Of a stretch of DNA of 64,000 bases, positions 1 to 14,500 are shown in pieces. The first letter of the stretch is position 1, and each line of letters begins with the position of its first letter. The position numbers and the translations under genes are program-made. Location: the NCBI RefSeq assembly GCF_009914755.1, contig NC_060931.1; one strand, 5' to 3'. The DNA comes from the human T2T-CHM13v2.0 reference genome, Homo sapiens. Below the pieces are notes generated by a model. It saw nothing but the letters and a program-made list of their open reading frames with translations, had not been told where the DNA came from and did not search any database.

Positions 1-3000
1 TTGCAGCCAATGTTAGAAAAGGAATTATCTTCACATAAAATCTAGACAGAAGTAATCTGAGAGATTTCCTTGTGATGTGTGCATTCATCTCACAGAGTTA
101 AACCTTTCTTTTCATTGAACAGTTTTGAAACACTCTATTTGTAGAATCTGCAAGTGGACATTTGGGGCACTTTGAGGCCTATGGTGGAAAAGGAAACATC
201 TTCACATAAAATCTCGACAGCAGAATTGTGAGAAAAATCTTTGTGACGTGTGTGTTCATCTCACAGAATTCAACATTTCTTTTCATTGAGCAGTTTGGAA
301 ACACTCTTTTTATAGGATCTGCAAGTGGACATTTGGAGTGATTTGCGGCCAATCGTAGAAAAGGAAATATCTTCACATAAAACCTAGAGAGAAGCAATCT
401 GAGAAACTTCTTTGTGATGTGTGCATTCATCTCACAGAGTTAAACCTTTCTCTTGATAGAGCAGTTTTGAAACTCTCTTTTTGTAGAATCTGCAATTGGA
501 CATATGGAGAGCTTTGAGTCCCATGGTGGAAAATGAAATATCTTCAAGTAAAAACTAGATAGAAGCATTCTGAGCAACTTCTTTGTGATGTGTGCATTCA
601 TCTCCCAGCATTGAACATTTCTTTTGATTGACCAGTTTTGAAATACGTTTTTGGTAGAATCTGCAAGTGAACATTTCGAGTGTCTTGAGGCCTATGGTGG
701 AAAAGGAAATATCTTTACATAGAAACTAGACAGAAGGATTCTGAGAAACTACTTTGTGATGTGTGCATTCATCTTCTAAGTTTGAAGCTTTCTTTTGATT
801 TAGAAGTTTGGAAACACTCTTTTTGTAGAATCAGCAAGAGAATATTTGGAGTGCTTTGGGGCCTATGGTAGAAAAGGAAATATCTTCACATAAAATCTAG
901 ACAGAAACAATCTGAGAAACTTCTTTGTGATGTATGAATTCATCTCACTGAGTTATAATTTTCTTTCTATTGAGCAGTTTTGAAACTCTCTTTTTGTAGA
1001 ACCTGCAAGTAGACATTTGTAGCGCTTTGAGGGCTATCGTGGAAAAGGAAATATCTTCACATAAAAACTAGTCAGAAGAATTCTGAGAAACTTTTTTGTG
1101 ATGTGTGCGTTCATCTCACAGAGTTGAAACTTTCTTTTGATTGAGGAGTTTTGAAACACTCTTTTTGTAGACTCTGCAAGTGGACATTTAGAGCTCTTTT
1201 CGGCCTATCGTAGAAAAGGAAATATCTTCATGTAAAATTTAGACAGAAGCAACCTGAGAAACTTCTTTGTGATGTGTGCATTTGTCTCACAGAGGTAAGC
1301 CTTTCTTTTGATTGAGCAGTTTTGAAACTCTCTTTTTGTAGAATCTGCAAATGGACATTTGGAGGGCTTTGAGGTCTATGGTGGAAAAGGAAATATCTTC
1401 ATATAAAAACTAGTCAGAAGAATTCTGAGAAACTTTTTTGTGATGTGTGCGTTCATCTCACAGAGTTGAATCTTTCTTTATACTGAGCAGTTTGGAAACA
1501 CTCGTTTTGTAGAATCTGCAAGTGGATATTTGGAGCGCTTTGCGGACTATGGTAGAAAAGGAAATATCTTCACATAAAATCTAGACAGAAGCAATCTGAG
1601 AAACCTCTGTGTGATATGTGCATTCATCTAACTTAGTTAAACCTTTCTTTTCATTGAGCCATTTTGAAACTCTCTTTTTGTAGGATCTGCAAGTGGACAT
1701 TTGGAGCATTTTGAGGCCTATGGTGGAAAAGGAAATATCTTCACATTAAAACTAGACAGCAGCATTCTCAGAAACTCCTTTGTGATGTGTGCATTCAACT
1801 CAGAGAGTTGAAACTTTCTTTTGATTAAGCATTTTGGCAACAAACTTTTTGAAGTATCTGCAAATAGATATTTGGAGCCTTTTGACTCCTATAACTGAAA
1901 AGGAAATATCTTCACACAAAAACTAGACAGAAGCATTCTGAGAAACTTGTTTGTGAAGTGTGCATTCATCTCACACAGTTGAATCATATTTTTGATTGAG
2001 CAGTTAGGAAACACTCTTTTTGTAGAATCTGCAAGTGGATATTTGGAGCACTTTGGGGCCTATGGCAGAAAAGGAAATATCTTATCATAGAAATTAGACT
2101 GAAGCATTCTCATGTACTTCTTTGTGATGTGTGATTTCAACTCACCGAGTTGAACATTTTTTTGATTGAGCAGTTTGGAAACACTCTTTTGTAGAATCTG
2201 CAAGTGGAAATTTGGAGCGCTTTGTGGCCTAGAGCTAAAAAGGTAATATCTTCACATAAAAACTAGACAGAAGCTTTCTCAGAAAATTCTTTGTCATGTG
2301 TGCATTCATCTCACAGACTTGAAACTTTCTTTTGTCTGAGCAGATTTGAAACACTCTTTTTGTACAATCTGCAAAAGGGTATTTGGAGTGCTTTGAGGCC
2401 TATGGTGGAAAAAGAAATATCTTCACATAAAAACTGGACAGAAGGATTCTCAGAAACTTCTTTGTGATGAGTGCATTCAACTCACAGACTTGAACCTTTC
2501 CTTTGATTGAGCAGTTTGGGAACACTATTTTTGTAGTATCTTCAAAGGGATATTTGGAGCGCTTTGAGTCCTATAGCAGAAAAGGAAATATCTTCACATA
2601 AAAATTAGACAGAAGCATTCTCAAAGACTATTTTGTGATTTGTGCATTCATCTCACAGAGTTGAAACTTTCTTTTGATTGAGCAGTTTTGAAACATTCTT
2701 TTTGTAGAATCTGCAAGTGGATATTTGGAGCGCTTTGGGTCCTATGGTGGAAAAGAAAATATCTTCTTATAAAAACTAGACACAAGCATTGTGAGAAACT
2801 TCTCTGTGATGTGCGCATTCACCTCACAGAGGTGAAGCTTTCTTTTGATTGAGCTGTTTGTAAACACTCATTTTGTAGTATCGGCAAATGGATATTTGGA
2901 GCGCTTTGACGCCTATAGCTGAAAAGCAAATATCTTCACATAAAAACTAGACAGAAGCATTCTCAGAAACTTCTTTGTGATTTGTGCATTCAACTCACAG

Positions 3001-6000
3001 CGTTGAAGCTTTCTTTTGATTGAGCAGTTTGGAAACACTGTTTTTGTAGTATCTGTAAATGGATATATGGAGCACTTTGAGGCCTATAGCTGAAAAGGAA
3101 ATATCTTCATATAAAAACTAGACAGAAGCATCCTGAGAAACTTCTTTGTGATGTGTGCATTCATCTCACAGATTTGAACCTTTCCTTTGATTGAGCAGTT
3201 TGTAAACCCTCTTTTTGTAGAATCTGCAAGTGGAGATTTGGAGCGCTTTGAGGCCTGTGGTGGAAAAGGGAATATATTCACATGAAAACTAGACAAAAGC
3301 ATTCTCAGATACTTCTTTATGATATGGGCATTCAACTCATAGATTTGAACCTTTCTTTTCATTGAGCAGTTTGGAAACACTCTTTTTCCTGTGTCTGCAA
3401 GTGGATATTTGGAGCGCTTTTAGGCCTATAGTTGAAAAGGAAACATTTTCACATAAAAACTAGACAGAAGCAATCTGAGAAAATTCTTCATGATTTGTGC
3501 ATTCTTCTCACATAGTTAAACGTTTCTTTTGATCGAGCAGTTTTGAAACACTCTTTGTAGAACCTGGAAGAGGATATTTAGAGTGCTTTGGTGCCTAAAT
3601 CTGAAAAGGAATTATATTCACATGAAAAGTAGACAGAAGTATTCTGAGAAATTTCTTTGTGATGTGTGCATTCATCTCACAGAGTAGAATCTTTTTTTGA
3701 CTGAGCAGTTTGGAAAAACCCTTTTTGTACATTCTGAAAGTGAATATTTGGAGCACTTTGAGGCCTACGGTGGAAAAGGAAATATCTTCACAGAAAACTA
3801 GACAGAAGCATTCTCAGAAAATTCTTTGTGATTTGTGCATTCAACTCACAGAGTTGAAGCTTTCTTTAGTTTCAACAGTTTGGGAACACTCTTTTTGTGG
3901 TATCTGCGAATGGATATTTGGAGTGCTTTGAGACCTATATCTGAAAAAGAAATATGTTCACATAAAAACTAGACAGAAGCAAACTGACAAACTTCTTCAT
4001 GCTGTGTGAACTCATGTCCCAGAATTGAACCTTTCTTTTGAAGGACCAGTTTTGAAATACTTTTTTAGCAGAATCTGCAAGTGGACAATTCTAGTGCCTT
4101 CAGGCCTACAGAGGAAAAGGAAATATCTTCATATAAAAACTACACAAAAGAATTCTGAGAAACTCCTTTTGATGTGTGCGTTCATCTCACAGAGTTCAAC
4201 ATTTCTTCTGACTCAGCCGTTTTTGAAACTCTCTTTTTGTAGAATCTGCAAGTGGATATTTGGAGCACTTTGAGGCTCATGGTGGAAAAGGAAATATCTT
4301 CACATAAAAACTACAGAGAAGAATTCTCAGAAACTTCTTTGTGATGTGTGCATTCATCTCACAGAGTTGAAACTTCCTTTTGATTGAACAGTTTTGAAGC
4401 ACTCTTTTTGTAGAATCTGCAAGTGGACAATTGGAGCGCTTTGCGGGCTATGATAGAAAAGGAAATATCTTCACATAAAATCTAGACAGGAACCATCTGA
4501 GAAACCTCTTCATAATGTGTGCATTCATCTCACAGAGTTAAAACTTTCTTTTCATTGAGAAGTTTTGAAACTCTTTTTTTGTAGGATCTGCAAGTGGACA
4601 TTTGGAGCGCTTTGAGGCCTGTCGTGGAAAAGGAAATATCTTCACATAAAAAATAGACAGAAGAAATATGAGAGACGTCCTTGTGATGTGTGCATTCATC
4701 ACACAGAATTGAACCTTTCTATTGATTGAGGAGTTTTGAAACACTCTTTTCGTAGAATCTGCAAGTGGACATTTGGAGCACTTTGCGGTCTATGGTAGAA
4801 AAGGAAATATCTTCACTTAAAATCTAGACAGAAGCAATCTGAGAAACTTCTTTGTGATGTGTGCATTTGTCTCACAGAGGTAAACCTTTCTTTTGATTGA
4901 GCAGTTCTGAAACTCTCTTTTTGTAGTATCTGTAGGTGGATTTTTGGAGCCCTTTGAGGCCTCTGGTGGAAAAGGAAATATCTTCACATAAAAACTAGAC
5001 AGAAGCATTCTCTGAACCTTCTTTGTGATGTGTACATTCAACTCACAGTTTTGAACATTTCTTTTGATTGAGCAGTTTGGAAATACTCTTTTTGTAGAAT
5101 CTCCAAGTGGAGATTTGGAGCGCTTTGAGGCCTATGGTGGAAAATAAAATATCTTCACATAAAAACTAGACAGAAGCATTCTCAGATACTTCTTTGTGAT
5201 CTGGACATTCAACTCATAGAGCTGAACCTTTCTTTTCTTTGAGCAGTTTGGAAACACTCTTTTTCCAGTATCTGCAAGTGGATATTTGGAGCGCTTTTAG
5301 GCCTATAGCTGAAAAGGAAATATCTTCACATAAAAACTAGAAAGAAGCAATCTGAGAAAATTCTTCATGATGTGTGCATTCACAGAGTTGAATTTGGACT
5401 GCTTTGAGGTCCATGGTGGAAAAGGAAATATCACATAAAAACTAAAAAGAAGCATTCTCAGAAACATTTTTGTGATGTGTGCATGTAACTCATAGGGTTG
5501 AACCTTTCTTTTAATTGAGCAGTTTCTAAACACTCTTTCTGTAGTATCTGCAAATGGATATTTGCAGCAGTTTGAGGCCTGTAGCAGAAAAGGAAATATC
5601 TTCACATAAAAACTATACAGAAGAATTCTCAGTAACTTCTTTGTGATGTGTGTATTCATCTCAGAGAACTGAAGCTTTCTTTTGATTGAGGAGTTTTGAA
5701 ATGCACTTTTTGTAGAATCTGCAAGTGGATATTTGGAGCGCTTTGAGGCCTTTGGTGGAAAAGGAAATATCTTCACATAAATCTAGACAGAAGCATTCTC
5801 AGAAACTCTTTTGTGATGTGTGCACTCAACTCAGAGAGTTGACCCTTTCTTTTCATTAAGCAGTTTGGAAACAAACGTTTTGAAGTATCTGCAAGTGGAT
5901 ATTTGGAGAGCTTTGACTCCTGTAACTGAAAAGGAAATATCTTGACATAAAAACAAGACAGAAGCATTCTGAGAAACTTGTTTGTGATGTGTGCATTCAT

Positions 6001-8521
6001 CTCACAGAGTTGAACCACACTTTTGATTGAGCAGTTAGGAAACACTCTTTTTGCAGAATCTGCAAGTGGATATTTGAAGCGCTTTGAGGCCTATGGTGGA
6101 AAAGGAAATATCTTCACATAAAAACTAGACAGAAGCATTCTCAGATACTTCTTACTGATGTGTGGTTTCAACTCACCGAGTTGAACAATTCTTTTGATTG
6201 AGCAGTTTGGAAACACTCTTTTTGTAGTATCTGCAAATGGATATTTTGTGCACTTTGAGGCCTATAGGTGAAAAGTAAATCTCTTCACATAAAAACTAGT
6301 CAGAAGCATTCTGAGAAACTAATTTGTGATGTGTGCATTCATCTCACAGAGTTGAACCTTTCTTTTGTTTGATCAGTTTGCAAAGACTCTTTTTGTAGTA
6401 TCTGCAAATGGATATTTGGAGTGTTTTAGGCCTATAGCTGAAAAGAAAGTATCTTCACATAAAAACTAGACAGAAGCATTCTCAGAAACTTCTTTGTGAT
6501 GTAAGCACTCATCTCACAGAGTTGAACCTTTCTTTTGATTGAGGAGTTTTGAAACAGTCTTTTTGCAGAATTCGCAAGTGGATATTTGGAGCACTTTGAA
6601 GCCTCTGGTGGAAAAGGAAATATCTTCAAATGAAAACTAGACAGAAGCATTCTCAGAAAATTCTTTGTGGTGTGTGCATTCATCTCACAGTGTTGAACCT
6701 CTCTTTTGATTGAGCAGTTTTGAAACACTCCTTTGTAGAATCTGCAAGTCGGTATTTGGAGCGCTTTGAGGCCTACGGTGGAAAACAAATATCTTCACAT
6801 AAAAACTAGACAGAAGCATTCTCAGGTACTTCTTTGTGATGTGTGCATTCAACTCACAGAGTTGAACCTTTCTTTTGATTGAGAAGTTTAGAAAAACTCT
6901 TTTTGTAGAATCTGAAAGTGGATTATTGGAGTGCTTTTAATTCTACAGTGGAAAAGGAAGTACATTCTCATAAAAACAAGACAAAAGCATGTTCAGAGGC
7001 TCCTTTGTGATGAAGGCATTCAACTAACAGAGCTGAGCCTTTCTTTTGATTGAGCAGTTTGGAAAAACTCTTCTTGTAGTGTCTACAAATGAATATTTTG
7101 AGCGCTTTGAAGCCTATAGCTGAAAATGAAATATCTTCATATAAAAAATAGAAGCATTCTCAGAAACTTATTTGTGATGTGAGCATTCAACTCACAGAGT
7201 TGAAGCTTTCTTTTGGTTAAGCAGTTTGGAAACATTCATTATGTACTGTCTGCAAATGGATATTTGGAGTGCTTTGAGGCCGATAGCTTAAAGGAAATAT
7301 CTTCACGTAAAAACTAGAGAGAAGCATCCTGAGAAACTTCTTTGTGATGTGTGCATTCATCTTACACAGTTGAGACTTTCTTTTGATTGAACAGTTTTGA
7401 AACACTCTTTTCGTAGAATCTGAAAGTGGCTATTTGGAGCACTTTGAGGCCTATGGTGGAAAAGGAAATATCTTCACATAAAAACTAGACAGAAGCATTC
7501 TCAGAAACTACTTTGTGATGTGTGCATTCACCTCACAGAGTTGAAGCTTTCTTTTCTTTGAGCAGTTTGGAAACACTTTTTGTAGTATCTGCAAATGGAT
7601 ATTTGGAGTGCTTTGAGGTCTATAGCTGAAAGGAAATATCTTCACATAAAAACTAGGCAGAAGCATCCTGAGAAAATTCTTTGTGATGTGTGCATACATC
7701 TCACAGAGTTGAACTTTCCTTTTGATTGAGCAGTTTTGAAACACTCTTTTTGAAGTATTTTCAAATGGATATTTACAGTGCTTTGAGGCCTATAGCCGAA
7801 AAGGAAGACTCTTCACCTAAAAACTAGACAGAAGTATTCTCAGAAACTACTTTGTGATGTGCGCATTCAACTCACAGAGTTGAAGCTTTCTTTTGATTGA
7901 GCAGTTTGGAAACACTCTTTTTGTTGTATCAGCCAATGGATATTTTGAGCACTTTGAGTCCTATAGATGAAAAGGAAATCTCTTCACATAAAAACTAGGC
8001 AGAAGCATTCTGAGAAACTTCTTTGTGATGTATTCATTCATCTCACAGAGTTGAACCTTTCTTTTGATTGAGCAGTTTTGAAACTCTCTTTTTGTAGAAT
8101 CTACAGGTGGACATTTGGAGCGCTTTTCAGCCTACATTTCAAAAGGAAATATCTTCACATAAAATCTAAACAGAAGCAATCTGAGAAACTTCTTTGTGAT
8201 GTGTGCATTCATTTCACAGAGTTAAACCTTTGTTTTGATTGAGCAGTTTTGAAACTCTGTTTTTGTAGAATCTGCAAGTGGACATTTGGAGTGCTTTGTG
8301 GCCTATGTTATAAAAGGAAATATCTTCACGTAAAATCTAGACAGAAGCAATCTGAGAAACTTCTTTGTGATGTGTTCATTCATCTCATGGATTTAAACCT
8401 TTCTTTTGTTTGAGCAGTTTTGAAACTCTCTTTTTGTAGAATGTACAAGTGGACATTTGGAGCCTTGAACCTTTTTTTGATTTAGCAGTTTTGAAACACT
8501 CCTTTTGTAGAATCTACAAGT
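1..8521 (+). repeat. Alpha satellite (ALR/Alpha), divergent monomeric array, consensus orientation
   Basis: ~171-bp period of CATTCTCAGAAACTTCTTTGTGATGTGTGCATTCA.CTCACAGAGTTGAAC. The box region reads CTATGGTGGAAAAGGAA (A-type/pJalpha-like), not a CENP-B box. Confidence 0.98.
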
Positions 8522-11500
8522 AGAATGCATACATCACAAAGAAATTTCTCAGAATGCTTCTGACTAGTTTTTATGTAAAGATGTTTCCTTTTCCTCCATA
8601 GACCTCAAATCACTCCAAATATCCACTTGCAGATATAGAAAAAGACTTTTTCAAAACTGCTCAATCAAAAGAAAAGTTCAACTGTGTGAGATGAATGCAC
8701 ACATCACACAGAAGTTTCTCAGAATGCTTCTGTCTAGTTTTTATGAGAATATATTTCCTATTTCTACGTAGGCCTCAATGGGTGCACAAATATCCCTTTG
8801 CAGAATCTACAAAACGACTGTTTCCAAACTTTTCCATCAAAAGAAAGTTTGAACTCTGTGAGGTGAATGTGCACATCACAAAGAACTTTCTCAGAATCCT
8901 TCTGTGTAGTTTTTATGTGAAGATATTTCATTTTTCACAATAGGCCTCAAAGTGCTACAAATATCCATTTACAGATTCTACAAAAAGAATGTTTCCAAAC
9001 TGCTCAATCAAAAGAAAATTTCAACTCTGTGGGATGAAAACACACATGACAAAAAAGTTTCTCCGACAGTTTCAGTCTAGTTTTTATGTGAAGATATAAA
9101 CTATTTCCCCAGCATCGTCAATGGGCTAATAAATGTCCCTATGCAGATTCTAAGGATCGACTGTTTCCAAACTGCCCAATCAAAAGAAAGTTTCAACTCT
9201 GTGAGATGAAAGCACACATCACAAAGAAGTTTCTCAGAAAGTTTCTGTCTAGTTTTTATGTGAAGATATTTCCTATTTCCCCATATGCCTCATTGAGTTC
9301 ACAAATATCCCTTTGCAGCTGCTTCAAAACGACTGATCCCAAACTGCTCAATCAAAAGGAATTTCCAACTCTGTGAGATGAATGCACTCTTCACAAAGAA
9401 GTTTCTCAGAATGTTTCTGTCTAATTTTTATGTGAACATATTTCCTTTTCCACCACAGGCCTCTATGAGCTCCAAGTATCCACTTGCAGATTCCACAAAA
9501 AGAGTGTCTCAAAACTGCTCAATGAAAAGAAAGCTTCCCTGTAACATAAATGAGCACATCAAAAAGAAGTTTCTCAGACTGCTTCTGTCTAGCTTGATGT
9601 GAAAATATTTCCTTATCCACCATAGGACTCAAAGTGCTCCAAATATCCACTTGCAGATACTACAAAAAGATTCTTTCCAAACTCCTCAATCAAAAGAAAG
9701 GTTCAACTCTGTGAGATGAATGCACTCATCATGAAAAGTTTCTCCAATTTCTTCTGTCTAGTTTTCATGTGAAGATATTTCCTTTTTCACCATATGCCTC
9801 AAAGCACTCCAAATATCCATTTCAGGATTCTACAAAAAGACTCTTTCCAATCTAGTCAATCAAAAGAAAGTTTCAACTCCTTGAAACATCACAAAGAAGA
9901 TTCTCAGAACGTTTCAGTGTAGTTTTTATGTGACAATATTTCCTATTGCTCCTTAGGCCCCAATGGGTTCAGAAATATGCCTTTGCAGATTCTACAAAAC
10001 GACGGTTTCTAAACTGCTTAATCAAAAGAAAGGTTCATGTCTGTGAGATGAAGGTGCACATTACAAAGAAGTTTCTCAGAATGCTTCTGCCTAGTTTTTA
10101 TGTGAAGATATTTCCTTTTTCACCATAGGCCTCAAAGCGCTCCGAATATCCATTTGCAGATTCCATAAAAAGACTGTTTCCAAACTGCTCAACCAAAACA
10201 AAGTTTCAACTCTGTGAGACGAAAGCACACATCACAAAGAAGTTTCTCAGAAAGGTTCTGTCTAGTTTTAATGTGAAGATATTTTCTACTTCCCATAGGC
10301 CTCAGTGAGCTCACAAATATCCCTCCACAGATTCTTCAAAACAACTGTATCCAAATTGCTCCATCAAAAGAAATGTTCAACTCTGTGAGATGAATGCACA
10401 CATCACAAAGAATTTTCTCAGAATGCTTTGGTCTAGTCATTATGTGAAGATATTTCCTTTTTCACTGTAGGCTTCAAGGCGATCCAAATATCCTTTTGAA
10501 GGTACTACAAAAAGACTTTTTCCAAACTGCTCAATCAAGAGAAACGTTCAACACTGTGAGATGAATGCACACGTCACAAAGAAGTTTCTCAGAATTGTTC
10601 TGTCTAGTTTTTATGTGAAGATATTTCCTTTTTCACCATAGGCCTAAAAGCAATCCAACTATCCATTTGCAGATTCTACAAAAACACTGTTTACAAACTG
10701 CTCAATCAAAAGAAAGTTTCAACTCTGTGGTATGAAAACACACATCACAAAGAAGTTTCTCAGAATGCTTCTGTCTACTTTTTATGTCAAGAAATTTCCT
10801 ATTTCCCCATAGGCCTCAAAGGGCTCACAAGTATCCCTTTGCGGATCCTACAAAATGACTGTTTCAAAACTACTCAATCAAAGGAAATATTCAACTCTGT
10901 GAGATGAATGAACCCATCACAAAGAAGTTTCTCAGAGTGCTTCTGTCTAGTGTTTAGGTGAAAATATTTCCTCTTCCACAATAGGCCTAAAAGCGTTCCA
11001 AATATCCACTTGGAGATTCTACAAAAAGAGTGTTCCCAAACTGCTCAATCAAAAGACAGGTTCAACTCTCTGAAATGAAAGCACACATCACAAAGAAGTT
11101 TCTCAAAAGCCTTCTGTCTCATTTTAATGTTAAGATATTTCCCGTTTCTCCATAGGCCTCAAGGCGCTCCAAATATCCATTTGCAGATACCACAATAAGA
11201 CTATTTCCAAACTACTCAATCAAAAGAAAGGTTCAAGACTGTAAGATGAATGAAAACATCCAAAAGAAGTTTCTCAAAATGTTTCTGTCTAGTTTTTATG
11301 TGAAGATATTTCCTTTTTCACCATAGGCCTCAAAGCACTCAAAATATCCATTTGTAGATTCTACAAAAAGACTGTTTCCAAACTGCTCAACCAAAAGAAA
11401 GTTTCAAATCTGTGAGATGAAAGCACACCTCACAAAGAACTTTCTCAAAAAATTTCTCTCTAGTTTTTATATGAAGATATTTCCTATTTCCCCATAGGCG

Positions 11501-14500
11501 TCAATGGGCTCACAAATATCCCTTTGCAGATTCTACAAAATGACTGCTTCTAAACTGCTCAATCAAAAGAAATATTCAACTGTGTCAGATGAATGCACCC
11601 ATCCATCACAAAGAAGTTTCTTAGCATGTTTCGATCTAGTTTTTAGGTGAAGATATTCCCCATGCCATAAAAGCCTTCAAAGAGTTCCAAATATCCCCTT
11701 GCAGATTCTACAAAAACAGTGTTCCCAAACTGCTCAATCAAAAGAAAGGTTCAACTCTGTGAAATGAAAGCACACATCACAAAGAAGTTTCTCAAAAGGA
11801 TTATCTTTCGTTTTTATGTTAAGATATTTCCTTTTTCACCATAGGCCTCAAAGCACTCCAAATATCCATTAACAGATACAACAAAAAGACTGTTTCCAAA
11901 CTGCTCAATCGAAAGAAAAGTTCAACTCTGTGAGACGAATGCACACATCACAAAGAAGTTTCTCAGAATGCTTCCGTCTATTTTTTATGTGAAGATATTT
12001 CCTTTTTCACCATAGGCCTAAAAGCGCTCCAAATATCCATTTGCAGATTCTACAAACAGATTGTTTTCAACCTACTCAATCAAAAGAAAGTTTCATCTCT
12101 GTGAGACGAAAGCACACATCTCAAAGAAGTTTCTCAGAAACTTTCTGTCTAGTTTTTATGTGAAGATATTTCCTATTTCCCCATAAACCTCAGAGATAAG
12201 CTCACAATTATCCCTTTGCAGAATCTACAAAATGACGGTTTCCAAACTGCTCAGTCAATAGAAAGATTCAAATCTGTGAGATGAATGCACACGTCACAAA
12301 GAACTTTCTCAGAATGCTTCTGTCTAGTGTTTATATGAAGATATTTCCTTTTCCACCATGGCCTCAAAGCACTTCAAATATCCAGTTGCAGATTCTACAA
12401 AAAGAGAGTTTCAAATCTGCTCAATCAAAAGAATGGTTCAACTCTGTGAGACGAATGCACACATCGCAAAGAAGTTCCTCAGAACGCTTCTGTCTAGTTT
12501 TTATGTAAAAATATTTCCTGTTTCACCATTTGCTTCAAAGCACTCCAAATATCCGTTTGCAGATACTACAAAGAGACTCCTTCCAAACTGCTCAATCAAA
12601 AGAAATGTTCAACGCTGTGTGATGAATGCACACATCACAAAGAAGTTTCTCAGAATGCTTCTGTCTAGTTTTTATGTGAAGATATTTCCTTTTTCACCAT
12701 AGGTTTCATAGTGCTCCAAATATCCATTTGCATATACTACAAAAAGACTTTTTCTAAACTGCTCAATGAAAAGAAATGTCCAACACTGTGAGATGAATGC
12801 ACATAACACTAAGAAGTTTCTGAGAATGCTACTGTCTAGTTTTTATGTGAAGATATTTGTTTTTCACCATAGGCCTCAAAGCATTCAAATATCCATATGC
12901 ATATATCACAAAAAGACTGTTTCCAAACTGCTCAATCAAGAGAAACGTTCAACCCTGTGAGATGAATGCACACATCACAAAGCAGTTTCTCAGAATGCTT
13001 CTGTCTAGTTTTTATCTGAAGTTATTTTCTTTTTCACTGTAGGCCTCAATGATCTCCAAATATCCATTTGCAGATACTACAAAAAGACTGTTTCCAAACT
13101 ACTCAATCAAAAGAAATGTTCAACTCTGTGAGATAAATGCACACATCACAAAGGAGTATCTCAGAATGCTTCTGTCTAGTTTTTATGTGATGGTATTTCC
13201 TTTTTCACTATAGGCCTCAAAGTGCTCCAAATTTCCATTTACATATTCTACAAAAAGACTTTTTCTAACCTGCTCAATCAACAGAAAGTTTCAACTCTGT
13301 GGACTGAAAGCACACATCACAAAGAAATTTCTCAGAATGCGTCTGTCTAGCTTTTCTCTGAGGATATTTCCTATGTCCCCAGAGGCCACAAGGGACTGAC
13401 AAATATCCCTTTGCAGCTTCTATAAAAAAGACTGTTTCCAAACTGCGCAATAAAAAGCAAGTTTCAACTCTGTGAGATGAATGCACTCATCACAAAGTAG
13501 TTTCTCAGAATGCTTCTGTCTAGTTTTTATGCAAAGATATTTCCTTTTCCACCGTAGGCCTCAAAGCACTCCGAATATCCATTTCCAGATACTACAAAAA
13601 GACTTTTTCAAAACAACTCAATCAAAAGAAATGTTCAACTCTGTGAGATGAATGCACACATGACAAAGAAGTTTCTCAGAATGCTTCTGCCTTGTTTTTA
13701 TGAGATTTTTCCTTTTTCACCATGGGACTCAAAGCACTCCAAATATGCATTTTTCAGATTCTACAAAAAGACTGTTTCTGAACTGCTCAATCAAAAGAAA
13801 GTTTCAACTCTGTGGGATGAAAACTCACATCACAAAGTAGCGTCTTAAATTGTTCATGTCGAGCTTTTATGTGAAGATATTTCTGATTTCCCCAAATGCC
13901 TCAATGGGCTCACAAATTTCCCTTTTCAAATTCTACAAATCAACTATTTCCAAACTATTCAATCAAAAGAAATATTCAACTCTGTGAGATGAATGCAAAC
14001 ATCACAAAGAAGTTTCTCAGAATGCTTCAGTCCAGATATTATGTGAAGATATTTCCTTTTCAAAAATAGGCCTCAAATCACTCCACATATCCACTTGCAG
14101 ATACTATAAAAAGACTGTTTCAAAACCGCTCAATCAAAAGAAAGGTTCATCTCTATGAGATAAATGCACAAAACACTAAGAAGTTTCTCAGAAAGTTTCT
14201 GTCTAGTTTTTATGTGAAGATATTTCCTATTTCCCCATAGGCCTCAATTGGCTCAAAAATTTCCCTTTGCAGATTCTACAAAAAGAGCGTTTCCAAACTG
14301 CTTAATCAAAAGAAAGGTTCAACTCTGTGAGATGAATGCACACATGACAAAGTAGTTTCCCAGAATGCTTCTGTGTAGTTTTCATGTGAAGATATTTCCT
14401 TTTCCACCATAGGCCTCAAATCGCTCTAAATATCCACTTGCAGATTCTACAAAAAGAGTGTTTCAAAACTGCTCAATCAAAAGAAAGGTTCAACTCTGTG

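Noticed and set aside
11138-11158. Possible CENP-B box (CCCGTTTC; also CCGAAGG near 43844)
   Set aside because: Each has only half of the TTCG....A..CGGG core. No complete box was seen by eye, so there is no support for an active centromeric array.
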